Of a stretch of 64,000 nucleotides of DNA, positions 61,503-64,000 are shown piece by piece. The stretch covers positions 7,254,001 through 7,318,000 of the forward strand of contig CATNEN010000039.1 in assembly GCA_950097015.1 (NCBI GenBank), written 5' to 3'. The notes under the pieces are model-generated. The model made no database searches. It was not told the DNA's origin and saw only the letters and a list, made by a program, of their open reading frames with translations. Source of the DNA: Macrostomum hystrix (Eukaryota; Animalia; Platyhelminthes). Each line of letters begins with the position of its first letter. Within the stretch, counting starts at the first letter, position 1. Position numbers and translations under genes: made by a program.

Positions 61503-61875
61503 GTAAGAAACTGGCGTGTCGAGACGGAAGTGTGCGCAGTAGCACCATCTTGCACAAAACAAACGTTTCGGATGCCTGCCGCAGGAAGATCCGGAATCAG
61601 AAAAAGCTCCCATGCATCCTGATAAGCCCCAGAGTTGACAGTTCCATGGAAAAAATAGGGCCCCACAAGCCAGTCTCGTGACACTGCAGCCAATACTGTT
61701 GCTCTTTGCGCATTTCGTGAGATTGACCGTGCCGTCTGTTCGAAATGTGGCTTCGTCACGTCAAAATGTGGCTTCGTCACATCTGACTCATGTGTGACGC
61801 TCTCTCCATTTCGGTAAGAGTTCAGGATATACAGGATAGCACTGGAGTTTCTTCTTCAAACTTGCAGGCCATTGA
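61503..61875 (-). mobile_element. Tc1/mariner-family transposase fragment
   Basis: AAVS...LVGPYFFHGTVNSGAY..FLIP..FVQDGATAHTS..TRQFL. Confidence 0.75.
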
Positions 61876-61930
61876 CGGTTTCTGAACTATGCAGCTGCTA
61901 TGATCCATGGGAAATTTTAACGTTTGATCA

Positions 61931-62190
61931 GTCTCAGAGTCTATGCATGTTGTCATTTTTTTACGCAAAAGATTGTCTATGGCCTCCGTCTATGGCAAAG
62001 CTTAGCAGAGAAGCTAGCGTACACTTATAAGCTCAAAAAATCCATTGCGATTTTTCAAATAAACTGGCATTTGACCACACACCGTCTCAGAGTCTATGCT
62101 CCTTAAGATTATTCAGAGCAAAAGATTGTCTATGGCAGCTGTGTAGGCAAAGCTTGGCAGAAAAGCTAGCGTACACTTCTGTGCTCAATT
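61931..62190. repeat. Imperfect ~153-bp tandem duplication
   Basis: GTCTCAGAGTCTATGC..AAAAGATTGTCTATGGC..GGCAAAGCTT..AAGCTAGCGTACACTT at ~61931 and ~62084. Confidence 0.75.
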
Positions 62191-63266
62191 ATTATTATTA
62201 TTATTATTATTATTAAAACGCGCACGCCATCTATGGGTGCTGATTTTTTTTTAATATATATTTTTTAACAACACATTTAAATGAACAACGAAAAGCAACA
62301 TAAAAAGCGAAAAGCATCAATAACTCGCCTCTGGAGCAATTTTTCGAAACCAAATTTTTGTGGGAAAAACTTACATATGTTTACTGTAGACCTGTTAAAT
62401 TACTGGGCTATAGGCCAAACTGCTCACTCACAGTTTGTTTTTTGGGACACCCGTTTAAAAAAATCCTGGTCGTAGACATTCAAGGCGAGCAACAGAGGGC
62501 CTTCATTGGTGGACTCAAAAACAGCCGTCCAATATGATGCAATGAGCGGTCCAATAGTCGGTTTTGAGTACGCGTAGCACAGGTTTTTAAGCAAGAAAAC
62601 CTATTTTTTTGTAAGTCAAGGTTGAGCAGACACTTACTCTTACCTATAGTGGTGATATAGTGGTCATCTGACTCATGCAAAATGTTTGCTCAGGCACTAC
62701 AGAGTATTAAATAAATTAATTCGTCATCTAAAACATTGAATTGGTTAAAACAAATAACCGCTTTAATGGATTCTAATGCTGGAATACAAAACTATTTCAG
62801 TGGTTAAAAAAAGAATATTTGCACAATTTTTTCTGAAAACACAGTTTGCAAGCTAAGATGGATACTTGGCTACTCATACTGACACTGTTTTAGATAGTGA
62901 GCTGTGCTTAAAAATAGATAAATAGGAAAATTAATTCGCATTAAATTTATTTATCTTCTTAACTATGCAAATGCGAGTGCTCCAGAATGTTTGCTGAATA
63001 CCTCCTCGATGATCTACTACGAGCTACGAGTACAATTTCGTATGAGTTGCTTCGCATGAATATTGAATTGAAATGTAAATATTCTGAGAAAACGAATCAG
63101 CTACTTCTAGGCAGCGCTCTAATTCATTTAAATTGCAATTAACAGAAACAGAACAGGATAAAACCAATAAAACTATTTAGAATTTGTATTTGCTCTTTGC
63201 TGGCATCAAGGAATATTGTTGAATGAGCAGGCCTTAAGAGTAGCTGTTCTGCAGTTGCTTTATTCA

Positions 63267-63998
63267 ATGAAACAGATCGCTATAGTGCTTGTGCTGAGCT
63301 ACCAGCTGTTGCTGGCGGTGCGGGCTCAGTGTCCGTCTCCGTTCAGCTTAGAAGCCGGCAGGTGCGTGTTCGTGAACACCTCGCAGAGGTTCAGCTGGTG
63401 CTCGGCCAACCGGCAGTGCGCATCGATGGGAGGCGAGCTCGTCAACTCGTACGAAACCCTGAAACTGCTGGCTAACATGTCCGTCCTGAACTGCAACTGC
63501 AGTCTGTACTTTGGCGTCACTGACTTGGCTGAAGAGCGCAACAATAACAGGAGCGGCTGGCAGTTGATCAACGGACACGGACTTCTGCCCCTGGACAATG
63601 ACCTCTGGCACAGCTCCGACCCGAACAACATGGGCAACAGGCAGAGCTGCGTCGGCCAGTTCAACAGAGACGACCGGAAGCTGGTGGATCTGGCCTGCTC
63701 CGATCCGCACGGATTCGCCTGCGAGTTCGGCGACGCCGAGATCACCGGAAACACCGTTTGGCAGCGGACCGCTTTCAAGCGCTCAAACTACCATCCCAGC
63801 TCTGAGTACTGCCACACTGACCTGAACGGCGCGCACAGTGAGATAGCTTGCGTTTTCTCGGCCCTGCAGCTGGGAAGCAGCAGACACGTGTTGTACAACA
63901 GCAAACTAAAACGGTGTCGCCTGCTGCAGTTTACTGACTCTCAGGTTGAGGAGGAGATCGAGACCAGTGCTGACTGGGTGAAGTTCAGCACTAATTGA
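63267..63998 (+). CDS. Secreted C-type lectin + PAN/apple-like protein, copy 4 (243 aa, intronless)
   Basis: ATG at 63267 (MKQIAIVLVLSYQLLLAVRA); same architecture as copies 1-3, with DPNN..QSC, LVDLAC..FACE and tail EEEIETSADWVKF. Confidence 0.9.
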   Translation: MKQIAIVLVLSYQLLLAVRAQCPSPFSLEAGRCVFVNTSQRFSWCSANRQCASMGGELVNSYETLKLLANMSVLNCNCSLYFGVTDLAEERNNNRSGWQLINGHGLLPLDNDLWHSSDPNNMGNRQSCVGQFNRDDRKLVDLACSDPHGFACEFGDAEITGNTVWQRTAFKRSNYHPSSEYCHTDLNGAHSEIACVFSALQLGSSRHVLYNSKLKRCRLLQFTDSQVEEEIETSADWVKFSTN

Positions 63999-64000
63999 CG

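Overview
Eukaryotic (invertebrate animal) DNA with GT-AG spliced genes, GC-rich exons, tRNA-derived SINEs and many intronic minisatellites. The overall style resembles a free-living flatworm such as Macrostomum, but that is an inference. Genes in order: the 5' part of an APP-like gene (minus strand, runs off the left edge), a complete 4-exon flavin monooxygenase, three intronless secreted C-type lectin + PAN/apple-like genes, a 7.6 kb 16-bp satellite, a ~13-exon DEG/ENaC channel, an intronless class-A GPCR, a divergent TRPV-like channel, a decayed Gypsy pol, a CUB + C-type lectin membrane receptor, a frameshifted neprilysin (M13), a decayed Crypton/Tc1-mariner patch and a fourth lectin copy. 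The standout is the DEG/ENaC gene. A hand-built, phase-consistent splice model (~1,120 aa) places two kringle-like domains and a WSC-like domain inside the channel's extracellular loop, with the WSC apparently nested inside the first kringle. All gene models were read by eye and need transcript confirmation.
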